Of a stretch of DNA of 64,000 nucleotides, positions 50,723 through 62,350 are shown piece by piece. The position numbers and the translations under genes were made by a program. The DNA lies in assembly GCA_002633005.1 (NCBI GenBank), contig NMRA01000022.1, positions 1,356,518 through 1,420,517 on the forward strand. Direction: 5' to 3'. The notes beneath the pieces were generated by a model. The model saw nothing but the letters and a program-made list of their open reading frames with translations. It was not told the origin of the DNA and did not search any database. The stretch's first letter is position 1; every line of letters begins with the position of its first letter. The stretch comes from Phoronis australis (Eukaryota; Animalia; Phoronida).

Positions 50723-53700
50723 CAGGAAGAGATAACCAGGAAGGGACAACTGTTTTAGCGCATTTTAACGTGTTTTCAAAGGTGATTTCAAAAGTAAATG
50801 TTAAAGTCGTCTAAAATCCAAGCATTGTGTTTGAAAGCTTAACTCTTTAGCTATATAATGACACCACTTTGGTCCCCAAAGACTGCATATTAATGGCACT
50901 AGGATGCTTTGAACATGACTTGTTTTACCCTTCCAAAAGATGCCTCTTCCCAGGCATGTACTCGGGCATGATCCTCTTTTTTGAACCAACAGATGTCACT
51001 AATATATGCAAATGAGGGTTGCATCTCCTACGTCATGGTGAAGTCATACGACGCGAGCTTCCAGTTTGAACCCTCAGTTGCCTATAGTGAATGACTTGAA
51101 ACACAGTTCTACCTGATTGGGCAGATCTAAGAAAATTAAGAGCTCACACAAGTCAATGTTCGAAGAACATTGAATGGTTTCACATGGAAATACATTTAAT
51201 TGTAATTGGATACGCTTGCATCTGTGTATGCGTGGACTTCGTCATTTTGCTTCAATCCAGCAGGTGTTAGTCAAGAAATTAGCTGCTCCCGCCACAGTGG
51301 CCGGTGTCGTGGCGTCACAGGGTAGTCTGATCCCTGCATACGCAATTCGACAAATCTAATGCTAGTCGCTGGTGAGCTCTGCTATGATTCATGCGCAATT
51401 CGACGAACTAATGCTAGTCGCTGGTCAGCTCCGCTATGATTCATTTGAGACGTGCGGCTTAACTCGAACCTATACCCGTGTTCTGGCTCCAAGGTCGTTT
51501 TTTTGACCCAGTTTCGGGAAAAGTTCATTTTAATACGGTCCTTAACTGAAGATTTTTTTGAAAGATATGATCCCGAAATCCTTGGCCTATAGNNNNNNNN
51601 NNNNNNNNNNNNNNNNNNNNNNNNNNNNNNNNNNNNNNNNNNNNNNNNNNNNNNNNNNNNNNNNNNNNNNNNNNNNNNNNNNNNNNNNNNNNNNNNNNNN
51701 NNNNNNNNNNNNNNNNNNNNNNNNNNNNNNNNNNNNNNNNNNNNNNNNNNNNNNNNNNNNNNNNNNNNNNNNNNNNNNNNNNNNNNNNNNNNNNNNNNNN
51801 NNNNNNNNNNNNNNNNNNNNNNNNNNNNNNNNNNNNNNNNNNNNNNNNNNNNNNNNNNNNNNNNNNNNNNNNNNNNNNNNNNNNNNNNNNNNNNNNNNNN
51901 NNNNNNNNNNNNNNNNNNNNNNNNNNNNNNNNNNNNNNNNNNNNNNNNNNNNNNNNNNNNNNNNNNNNNNNNNNNNNNNNNNNNNNNNNNNNNNNNNNNN
52001 NNNNNNNNNNNNNNNNNNNNNNNNNNNNNNNNNNNNNNNNNNNNNNNNNNNNNNNNNNNNNNNNNNNNNNNNNNNNNNNNNNNNNNNNNNNNNNNNNNNN
52101 NNNNNNNNNNNNNNNNNNNNNNNNNNNNNNNNNNNNNNNNNNNNNNNNNNNNNNNNNNNNNNNNNNNNNNNNNNNNNNNNNNNNNNNNNNNNNNNNNNNN
52201 NNNNNNNNNNNNNNNNNNNNNNNNNNNNNNNNNNNNNNNNNNNNNNNNNNNNNNNNNNNNNNNNNNNNNNNNNNNNNNNNNNNNNNNNNNNNNNNNNNNN
52301 NNNNNNNNNNNNNNNNNNNNNNNNNNNNNNNNNNNNNNNNNNNNNNNNNNNNNNNNNNNNNNNNNNNNNNNNNNNNNNNNNNNNNNNNNNNNNNNNNNNN
52401 NNNNNNNNNNNNNNNNNNNNNNNNNNNNNNNNNNNNNNNNNNNNNNNNNNNNNNNNNNNNNNCGCCTATGGACCACTGAAAACCTTGGACTGAATTAATA
52501 CGCTCTGCAAAACTGTTGCTTTACAAATTTTGTCGAATTTTCGAAATACATGTATGAATGATTAAGTGCACATTTTCAAGGGCGCTTAGATGACCTACAT
52601 GTATGCTGCAAAAACGGAGACCCTAACAACAATTGTCCTGAACAGGGCCCTCAAATGGTAAACCATACACTGATACCGAGTTGCCAATGTTCTCTTGAAT
52701 TTTCTCTCTGATCAGAATTCGAAATCTTTCTTTTTTGTCCTTCCCCAGTCCCACACCTTTGTCGGTTGCCATGGTTTGACCCTGAGGCATGCAATGTTTT
52801 TGGGGGTTGGACTCGCCCTCCCCCCGCTTACTAAGTTCCTGATGCAAGGAGTCCATCTTTGGTCCAAGATCAATGTTGTGTTTCAACACGCACTCGTTGT
52901 ATACATGTAGCTTGAGCATTAAATTAAAGGTTTAAGAAACACAGGAGCATTTTTGCGCATTTAATTGTGCGTGTAAAAAGGCTTATGGATTCGTACTCAA
53001 TTTGTTGCTGCAACTTGTCTCATGGGCCTGTACCCGGCAAGTGACCACAAATGTGGACACTAACTCATCTATTGCGCAAGTCGACTGCAGCAAGGAGGCC
53101 AGTGAAAATGTAAGGAAGCACCAGGCTAGTGGGCGTGTGTGACAACTCGGATTTCTAGTCTCTTATTATGAAAACCATTGAATGGCAATCACCAGCACCT
53201 GCAAACAAGAATTTTGAAGTACAGTGTATGGAGAATTTCAACAAGGGTTAGTTGTAGACTTAGTCACGAAGTTGTCGACATTCCAGCCACGGTTACTGCC
53301 GGTCCTTCGAAGCAATTATAGCACATATACACGAATTTTTAAGAATGGCAAGGGTGCGTTTTGTGTTGACGGAAATGTCCATGGCGTCGAGGAATTTGAG
53401 GCATTTAATGATGAACAACTGTTGTGGCTTAATTTGAAAAAAAAATAGCAAAACTAACTTCCAAGTATGCATACTGTGGCGGAACTAAGAAAACGATTAT
53501 GGCAGTGCGAATTGTAGCAGAGCCACAAAGTGTGCTAAAATGGTAGAAAATTAGGCATAACAGTTCTGTAGCAGACAAAAGATTGTTTGGCGCAGGAGAA
53601 GGCCGATGTCTTCAATGCTCAGAAAAATTTCGGCAGGCAAGAGACTTGCTAAGAAAACGGCACAGTTGAGTCCGGGCTTTCTAAAGGAAGAACTGCAGCC

Positions 53701-54551
53701 AATTCCAATTATTCGGTGCAACTTCTCTCACCCGACGGCGTTGTTTCACGATACCGCAACCTCAAACAACGTCAAAGAAACGAAACGCGGAGGGTGAGAT
53801 ATTACAGAGTATTAATATTTATTATTGGATGCAGGTATCTACCTCAAAATGAATTTCCCACGGTCATTTTTATGCCGATAGCAATGTTTTCGTCAACTGA
53901 AGAAGAACAGGAATCATAGACAACCCGCGCGTTCCGTCTATGGTTCTGACACTTTTGTCAACACGATAGGTAGCCGCAGAAAGTTCGATGTTGACCTCAT
54001 TCTAATCTTCTTTGCAATCCACTGTCAGGGGACGAAAACAATTCAAAGTCCTCGAAATAGGGCTTGCTTAGCTGGAATTCAGAACTGCGGTCATGAGATT
54101 GTTTTCACCTCCTGATTGCGAAGCGATCGAGTTCGCTGTGATATCTTCATCAGCGCGTGCTCTCAGCGGGAGGTCACCGCTTTATTCACTCAAGGGCTTG
54201 ACCAGCAACTGACGAGAGTCTCAGAACTCCCATATGCAAATTTGATATGCAAATGAGGGAGTACTTGACTACTGCACCATCTATACATCGACGGAAAGGC
54301 TTAAATACCAGTGACTGCGTGTGGGAAGTTGCGATTGAGTGCGCTGAAGTCGAAATTTTCAAAGTACAATTACACCACTGTTTAAGGTTGCAAAGTGAGT
54401 TTTTTGATATCCTTCTATAGAAAAAGCTTTAATCTCTCTGATAAAATCATCTGTTTCCTTTTAAACGAAACATAAGTCCTGAAATTAATCCGGGGAAGGA
54501 GGCCAAAAACGGCGGTTTAGCTAGTTGCCCCTTCCTGGTTATCTCTTCCTG
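50723..54551. mobile_element. ~3.8-kb DNA transposon (includes 870-N gap) with 29-bp TIRs and apparent 7-bp TSD
   Basis: CAGGAAGAGATAACCAGGAAGGG(A/G)CAACT 28/29 inverted match; ATGTTAT at 50716-50722 and 54552-54558; internal ~52-bp tandem at 51341-51443. Confidence 0.85.
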
Positions 54552-54686
54552 ATGTTATGAACAAGAGGTATTGGAGCCTTAAAATTTTAATATTGTGACC
54601 TTAAACTATCCTGGGGCTCTGGAGTAAAATGTTTCAATGTCTATAGTGTGCAAAAGGTGTAACTGGAGAACTTGACTGACACTCAC

Positions 54687-54775
54687 TCTTTGGCTTCAAA
54701 TTCCTGGTCGTTTTCTGCAAGCTTAGACAGATTCTGTAAAAAAGTGTCAGCAGCTTGATTGACGAGTTGAGCCAC
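54687..54775 (-). CDS. CYP exon 6 (VAQLVNQAADTFLQNL...FEAKE)
   Basis: tttcag / GTGAGT. Confidence 0.87.
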
Positions 54776-55156
54776 CTGAAATGAAAATACAGGCAAGTAG
54801 AGCCTTATATCTAAAGCAATATATAGGATCAGTTCAACCTAGTTTTCTGCCACCAAACTAGCTCTTGAAGCAGCCAACTCCACTCGTTCTGTTTTGTAAT
54901 CGTGTAAGAAGAGAAACCATCAGTTTCCATGGTAAAAATCACCTTTAAATGAACTCCAGAAAAAGCTATTTCCTATTTTTACGTAGATCTAGAAATACTA
55001 CAAATGTTGCATTATCTTTTGCACTTCACTTGTCACCCAAAATATAAATAGTGGACCGTTAGATGTATTATTGACAGATTAAGGCAGGGAGTGAAATCTG
55101 AGGGGCTGAAAAAAACAAAGCAAAATGTTACGTATTCTAGTATTGCTGACAATGAC

Positions 55157-55270
55157 CATTCTTAGTTTTCCTGATGTAAACGTCGGACTCATGATACTAC
55201 GGACGTTTTTCCACCGTTCATCTTTAAGGTTCAGTAAATGGTGATCCATGGTCGTGCCAGTTGAAAAGGT
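55157..55270 (-). CDS. CYP exon 5 (TFSTG...ERWKNVRSIMSPTFTSGKLRM)
   Basis: tttcag acceptor; weak G|GTCATT donor; WxxxR and SPTFTSGKL. Confidence 0.9.
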
Positions 55271-56739
55271 CTGAAAGATAAGACGAGATTTGAGCAATAT
55301 TTGTTGCTTGTACGACGAAGAATGTTTCGAATGAGAAATTCTTATTTAGATTGGATGTACCGAAGTCACATAAGTAGCAAAGGTGGATACAATAGGGCTG
55401 TCCCGATTGCTCAGCGACATTAGAATCTCGCAGTATTTACACATGTACCTACGAAGACGCAATATTCGTTAAGTGCATTTGTAGCGCGTCATTAGATTTC
55501 CACATGCAGTCTGTCGTCATACTCTTTGCAAGTTTCTCTCGGATGCTTTACTGTATTCGTTCTGCCAATGCCAACGAAGTATGACTGCTTTCTTGTAGGC
55601 TAAAACTCCAAAGGGAGAAAGTTAGATACACTTGACAAATAACCGCGGATGCGTTATTGTAAAGTTCTTCGCCTTCCTGACATCAACCAAAAACAGGATG
55701 ATGTGGAGAGAGTGGATAAGCAAGTTCGTAGGGTTAATTTTGAACAGAGCAGAATCCCTAGTTCTTGAAATTATGCTTTCAATTTCGGTACTGATAAACG
55801 GGCTGAAATCGGGAATGTTTCCAGGCCCATAAACAACGAGCTTGTTTCAAAGGAGTGTTCTATCGCTGTGTAGTCGGGGACCACTATATTGTTTCCCAGG
55901 TCTCACAGTCCGGCACCAGACGGTTCAATCAGCCAGACGGTTTAATCAACCAGCCGGTATGTACATATACTCGAGACAGGGCGCATGGTACGGGTGCAGG
56001 CGCTTCCCCAACTGTAGCTTAAGTAAGTTTGAACCAGTTCTTTTCCGTAGTGTTTGTTACAAAATGGCAGGTACATGTACACTGGTAGCTGAGAGTAGTT
56101 GGTGTAGAAAATCAGAAGAGACGGGGTTGCCACGACCACGTGGGGAACGGAGACCATCTGTTCTAAATCCGACAAGGCCTACTCCTTTTCAAGGCCTACG
56201 AGTAGGACTGGAGAACGTGAAACTATGCACACCGCCCTTCACTCCTCCCTTAGAGAATATGAATACAAACCGAATATGAATACAAACCGACTATGAAAAG
56301 AAAGATTTTGTAAAGAGCAGGGGGCTGCTTTCATATAGATATTTTACCGAGAAGGGGCAGATCCATACAGCGGGTCCACGGATTTTAGACCCCCTGCTCG
56401 TCCACTTTCTGTATTATTGCATTGAAGNTGTGTGCGTGCGAATGTGTGTGTGTGCATGTGATGCGGGTGAATGCGTACGTGCGCGGGCGCGTGTGTGTTC
56501 ATTGTCACAATGCTCTCCTCATCACCTAAGGACGAGCACACATGAAGCACATAGCTTACGTCTGAAGCAAAAGAACCCATGGAGATTTTGCATGGCAAGA
56601 CGGTGAGGTGAATTTTTCACTCGGTGGCTTTCTGTGAACTGAGCTATAGCTCACTTGAGAACTGCAACTCAGCTGGCACCTTCGCGTTTACGGACGCCGT
56701 AACAAGCAACTGTTTACGAGATAACACGACGTGTCTTAC

Positions 56740-56836
56740 CTGTCTGTTAATGAAATGGTGTGACTGCTTCGTCATAATTTCCCGAATTAACTCTGGATCT
56801 GCCACTAGCATTACTCTACTTGAGCTGTAACTAAGT
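56740..56836 (-). CDS. CYP exon 4 (LSYSSSRVMLVADPELIREIMTK...FINRQ)
   Basis: ttgcag / GTAAGA. Confidence 0.9.
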
Positions 56837-57195
56837 CTGCAATACAAAGTCACGGTGTACATGTACATGGATATGATGCTTAGGACTTGATCGACTAGCC
56901 TGAAATTTAGCCAAATATCTAAAAAATACATAATTTAACTCAGCAAAATTAAATATTGAGATTAGAAGCTCCGTAGATTTTGATTTTTGACTTTATGCCA
57001 GTACGCCATTAATTAGTTCACAAAACCTTGTTTTTCACGAAAATTCAGCAAAAAAGGTACATTCACTGCAAACGTTGGGGATCAATCCCATGACCAAATT
57101 TCGTATGGTATAGATGTTCTAGAAAAATCAAAAACGCTTTTTCAGTTCTTTAAATAATCGTTTCGTTTTTGTTTTATGCATTGCTGGTTTGTCAT

Positions 57196-57313
57196 TTATG
57201 TTTTTGTAGTAGAAAGAAGCAGAAACGTATAAAGCAAATGTAAAATATATTGACAGGAATTAGGAATGACGTCACAAAAGGATGACGTCATAGAAAACTA
57301 TAACATCACAACA
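57196..57313 (-). repeat. 3' LTR, preceded by polypurine tract AAGACGGGGAGG (57325-57314)
   Basis: 6 substitutions + 1 indel vs the 5' LTR by hand alignment. Confidence 0.9.
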
Positions 57314-59957
57314 CCTCCCCGTCTTATTGAGCGAAAGCTTGTCTTTTTTAAGTCTCTCGGACCTTCCCAAGTTCTGTGGCCCATACTCATTTTCCGTTGG
57401 AAGTCGTGGGTTTGGGCGTTTCTTCTTTTCCGATTTTCTCGTTTGCATCTCTGTTGCCGTAGTTGAATTCTCTTCATTCCTTGCTTGTCTGTCATCTGCA
57501 TCGGATTCTCCAATTAACAAAAATGTGGTATCTCCAGGATCTGTATCTTCTTCAGAACAATACCTTGGTCTCAACTGATCGATATGACGATGCCGGATTG
57601 GACCACTTGGCATGACTTTCACTTTGACAGAACGTGGATCCATTACTCGGGTCACAGCAGCAGGTACCAAGCGAGGGTTCCTACTTTAACGAGACCCATA
57701 GCACAAGGCATAACATGGCTTTCTAATGGTATACATGTGAATCTTTGACACTGTTTGATCGGACTCAGCAATTTGTGGTTTCGCAGCATTTCTTAACTGC
57801 TTCCCTTGCGCTGCATGAGCAGGTGAAAGACGTAAGCTTTCTAACTTACACAGAATTTGTTTTCCATTTAAGAGTTCGCTTGGAGAATAACCAGAATCCA
57901 GAGGTGTACGACGATATTGCAATAAAAAGGCTTGTAACGCTGCTTTTGGCAACAAAGAAGATTTCCGCAGATATTGCTTGACAGACTGTACCAAACGCTC
58001 TGCAGCTCTATTTGTAGCTGGATGGTAGGGGACACCTGTAAGGTGTACAATACCACGTTCTTGGCACCAAGCCTGGAATTCTTCAGAATAAAATGTTGCT
58101 GCTTTATCAGTTATTAACGTGAGAATATAACCAAAGTGCGCAAATTCTCTTTCAAGCAATTTCGTTGTTTTTGTTGACAGTGCACATGTTGGCTGTATAA
58201 ATGGGTATTTAGAATACGCATCTACCATGACCAACCAGTTTGTTCCAAGAAAGTTGATGACATGATCAACATGAACACGGCTCCATGGCTTTTCGGGTAT
58301 CATCCATGGATGAATAGCTGCTTTCGGTGATCTGCTTTGATGTTCAGCACAAGCCAAGAAACCACTTTCCGTGTTAGTTGCTTCATTCTCTGCATTCCGA
58401 AATGGCCAATATGAAGCAGATCCAACACCTGTTTTCCTAATCTCTTTGCAATAACCATCCGTGTACGATGAAAAAGACATCCATTTTCTGTGGTCAAGGT
58501 ATCTTTTAATTTTCTGAAATATTTCAATTTTTCAAAAACCATAGAAACTGGCCAACCTTCTATGGCATATCTCATTGCTTTAGAAATGTCAGAATCCTTG
58601 CTAGATTCTTTATTAAGCAATTTAGAGTTAACAGGGTTCAATTGTAGACTTACTTGTTTAACAGAACAGGCCACATTCACGTCTGCTTGTGTTTCCTCCC
58701 TGTCGAATTTTGGGTAAGCGACTCAATGCATATGCATTAGAATGATCAGATGTTTTCCGATACTCTATTGTGTATTAATACTGGCTAAGATGTAACGCCC
58801 TTTGAGTGTTCGTGAGAATTTTTGAAACGTTGGCAATCGAACGTTCATTACCATAAGGATAGCGATGAAATAGAACGGCTCCAATCCCAACATTAGAAGC
58901 ATCACATGAAATTCCCAACTGTTGAGCCCGAACTGCATCTGTACACAGTATTTCTTTTAAACGATGAAAAACTGCATTCTCCTCAGCTCCCCATTTCCAT
59001 GGCCCATCTTTGCGCGTGAAATGACTCAGAGGAGCAATCAAGGCAGACAAGTTCGGAATGAACTTTCCGTAAAATGGAACAGATCCAAGGAACGAACGTA
59101 GATGGGAAACATCTGATGGGGCTGGCATTTTCAAAACAGCATCAACTTTGTTACCTTTTTAATGCCATCGCGTGAAAGCATGTGACCTAAGTATTCTACA
59201 GTTTGCTAACCAAATGAGCATTTTTCCAAGCGACATCTCATTCCATTGTCTTGCAAACGCTGGAGTAGGTTTTGTACATCCTGAAGATGTTCTTCTGGGA
59301 TGCGACCGTTTACTAAAATATCATCCAAGTATAAAACCACGCCATAATATCATGGAAATAACCAGGGGCTGAGCTAATACCAAATGGCAATCCCTTTTGT
59401 AGAACTCCACGATATGTGGATAGTGCCAGACGTCTCTGACTTTCCGACGAGAATTCCATCTGATTATACGCATCAGCCAAATCAATTTTCGTGAACTAAA
59501 TGCCGCCACTGAGCTTTCGCATAAGATATTCAGGCAGGGGTAGCGGATGACGATGAGTTTCAAGCTGAGGATTTATCGATACTGAGCTATCTCCGCATAC
59601 TCTTAATTTCCGTTTATTTTGACCAAGAAGCGGTGCTTTTCTTATAGGGACAACTGGTGCTCCATACTCCTCGAATTGTGTAAGTTCCCAAATTCCACGA
59701 TTAATACCAGCATCATATGCCAGATTCAAGTCACCCAGTAATGCAAAAGGTACTGTGCCAGGTTTGCAAAATATTGGTTGGACACGAGGCTTGAATTTTA
59801 CATTTAATTCGAAACCTTTTAAACATCCCAGTTCAGGTTTTAATAGGCCTGGAAATTCATCGCAGATGATTTTGCACTCGTGCTGAAACTCTACATCGCT
59901 TTTCTTGTTCTCATGACAAACAATACCAACTTTGTCATTTTGGTTGTCATCACGCAA
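57272..59957 (-). pseudogene. pol remnant (RT, RNase H, integrase)
   Basis: KLRVCGD (RT), LRSFLG and CDASNVGIGAVL (RNase H), HIGHFG, PWSRVHVD, VDAYSKY, PYHPATNRAAERLVQ (integrase), split over several frames. Confidence 0.9.
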
Positions 59958-59996
59958 AATGGAATTCCTACAGAGTGCAGTGACATCAATCTTTAG

Positions 59997-61211
59997 CTAT
60001 CGAACTGCCGTTCGGCAAACAATATTCAAATCGTGTTTGCTTACTACTAATTCAATGTTTGCTGTATGCTGCGAATCGGACTGTAATGTTGCGTTTGTAC
60101 TGAAAATTCCCAAAACTGGTAATGGTTTTTTATTTGCAGCGAAATACTGACTGTGTGATAGAGATAAAACAGGTTTTCCAAGTTTAAACCAAACCTTCAC
60201 CGAAACGAAATTGTCTGGTGATCCATTATCTACGTCAAATATCTGTTTTTTGCCGCATATGTGAACAACAATCTGAATTGGATCTCGATCCGAAATGTGA
60301 TTAACTTTGTGTTCTGGCCTTGCTAAAATACTGCTTACTTTATCCCTAACCTTTCTTTTGTTTAGACATACATCCTCTATATAACCTTTCTTGTGACAGA
60401 AACGGCATTCAGTCTCTTTAAGACGACAACCCCTTGCCGCGTGCTGGTCTTTTTTCCACAACGGGGACACGTTCCTTTTGGAAAACCCCTGTGCTTTTCC
60501 CTGCCTGACTTCTTCCCTCATTTTCTTTTGTAACTTAAGCACTGGATCTCCGTAAACCGTTTCTTTTGCAACTTTGGACGCCTCTTCAATTTTTGTTACT
60601 ATTTCTATGGCTTTCTTAAAAGATAATTCGTCATATTTTATTTTGAAAAGGGCTTTTCGGATCGCCTCATTATTAATTGAAAAGATAAATCTAGTTCTCA
60701 TAGCTTCATCCTGAGGATCCTTTATTGTTGGAAAATCACATTTTGCAGCGTCTTGTCGAATACGAGCTGCCAGCTCCTGTATTGTCTCACCTGGCTGTCT
60801 TCTTGTGTTAAACCAAAATCTGAATCGCTCCCGGACTACAAAATACTCCGAATGGAATTGATTCTCCATAACTGTTGTAATTTCATTTTCGGTTGGTTGA
60901 TATCTTTGGAAGGTGTCTGCTACTCTGCCAAAGTTGCGAGCAACTTATAAACTGTAGACGTCTGATTCGTCAAGAAAGTTTGTGAAAGTTTTTCCGTAGT
61001 TATGGAGTATGCCCCTGCAAACGTTTCGAATCTGGACCAATATTCCTTCCAGAGTTCCACTGAACAGTCAAACGCACCAAAAATTTGGCGTAGATGTCGT
61101 TGGTTGGTGCATCAGCTTGCTAGTGATCATCTCAGCAAAACGCTGATGATTCTCTTGCTGTTGGTTGATTTGTTGTTGCAATAACAAAATAATGCCAGCC
61201 AACTCACCTAT
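59997..61211 (-). pseudogene. gag-protease remnant
   Basis: FDCSVELWKEYWSRFETF, QPGETIQELAARIR, Zn knuckle CRFCHKKGYIEDVC, degenerate protease site DVDNGS; internal stop and frameshifts. Confidence 0.85.
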
Positions 61212-61222
61212 CTTTTTTAAAT

Positions 61223-61240
61223 ATCCTGCCGACTACGCCA
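61223..61240 (-). other. Primer-binding site complementary to the tRNA-Ser 3' end
   Basis: TGGCGTAGTCGGCAGGAT, 5 nt inside the 5' LTR; complement ATCCTGCCGACTACGCCA is the metazoan tRNA-Ser 3' end as I recall it. Confidence 0.85.
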
Positions 61241-61245
61241 AAATC

Positions 61246-61364
61246 TGTTATGTTTTTGTAATAGAAAGAAGCAGAAACGTAAAAAGAAATGTAAAATATG
61301 TTGACAGGAATTAAGAATGACGTCACAAAAGGATGACGTCATATTAAACTATAACATCACAACA
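61246..61364 (-). repeat. 5' LTR (119 bp, TG...CA)
   Basis: Direct repeat of 57196-57313; two TGACGTCA sites. Confidence 0.92.
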
Positions 61365-62034
61365 GAAGAAGTAAAAAATAAACAAAGTGTGGCTAAGGAA
61401 CGAGTCAGCCAATCAGTTCGATTTCTGGCTCAGAAACTATATCCCCTGCCCTAACTTGTGGACTAATAACTGAAGATGCAAACAGAGATAGTTTGACCAC
61501 AAACTGTATGAGACATTGAGATGAGGACCATAAGCCAAAGCTTGGTTTCACCAGTGTCAGTATTGTGGTTTAACCACTGAGGTCTGTTTCATGAAAAGTG
61601 GCTTAGGACGTACTAAGTCACAAATCCGGTCTTACGCTCCAGGCAAATATTCTAAAAAATAATTAAAACTCGTTTTAGCAGCAGTCCAAAGTATCCCAGG
61701 ACATACATATAACTGGCATTTACTGAGATAATATCTCTACAAATATTTCCAGACTATGTTACGCCTATAATCTCTTGCCTGAACCTTTTCAATTTGAAGT
61801 GGGATCGTAAATACCACATTTCTGAAAACAGACCTTGGAGCGCAACAGATCTCGCGTAAACGTCTCTCACACGTTACTTGCTACAACGGCCGCTTGGTAA
61901 GGAATTTACATGTAGACGTAAACTCTAGTGAAAGCACATTTCATACAGATCCAGCGGATGAAATACTTGGTTTAAAAATCTCTCCTGCCTGCATGAGGCA
62001 CGACTCTAACTTACATGAAGAAAGTTTTACTCAC

Positions 62035-62087
62035 CCCACGACTTTGCCGTACTTCTCGATCCAATTCATGTGGCATTGTATTATTCC
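62035..62087 (-). CDS. CYP exon 3 (GIIQCHMNWIEKYGKVVG)
   Basis: tttaaag / GTGAGT; KYG motif; 53 nt. Confidence 0.88.
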
Positions 62088-62350
62088 CTTTAAATACAGA
62101 GGAGTGAACAATAGTTGTAGTAACACAATGATAATAGACAACGAATCAGTGTACCAATCAGCACCACTGTATTATTCCCTTTAAATACAGAGGAGTGAAC
62201 AATAGTTGTAGTAACACAATGATACTAGACAACGAATCACTGTACCAATCAGCACCACTGTATTATTCCCTTTAAATACAGAGGAGTGAACAATAGTTGT
62301 AGTAACACAATGATACTAGACAACGAATCAGTGTACCAATCAGCACCACT
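62078..62350. repeat. 91-bp tandem repeat x3 overlapping the CYP exon-3 acceptor
   Basis: ttattccctttaaatacagaggag... starts at 62081, 62172, 62263. Confidence 0.93.

Larger units (their letters stand above)
57196..61364 (-). mobile_element. Decayed full-length Ty3/Gypsy LTR retrotransposon (Mag/K02A2.6-like) in CYP intron 3, same orientation as the host gene
   Basis: Paired LTRs, PBS, PPT and gag-PR-RT-RNaseH-integrase fragments in Gypsy order, with many stops and frameshifts; no TSD and outer end of the 3' LTR eroded. Confidence 0.95.

Noticed and set aside
51382-52493. 364-aa and 311-aa ORFs
   Set aside because: Almost entirely N; not coding evidence.
52623-53919. Short ORFs inside the 29-bp-TIR element as a transposase
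   Set aside because: No THAP or DDE motif recognisable by eye; needs an HMM search.
55620-56279. 145-aa + strand ORF and an open - strand stretch in CYP intron 4
   Set aside because: No recognisable domain or splice support.
62078-62350. Regular repeats here, and at 15263-16142 and 20287-20489, as a CRISPR-like array
   Set aside because: Head-to-tail units without unique spacers or too few and short repeats; spliced eukaryotic context; no cas genes.
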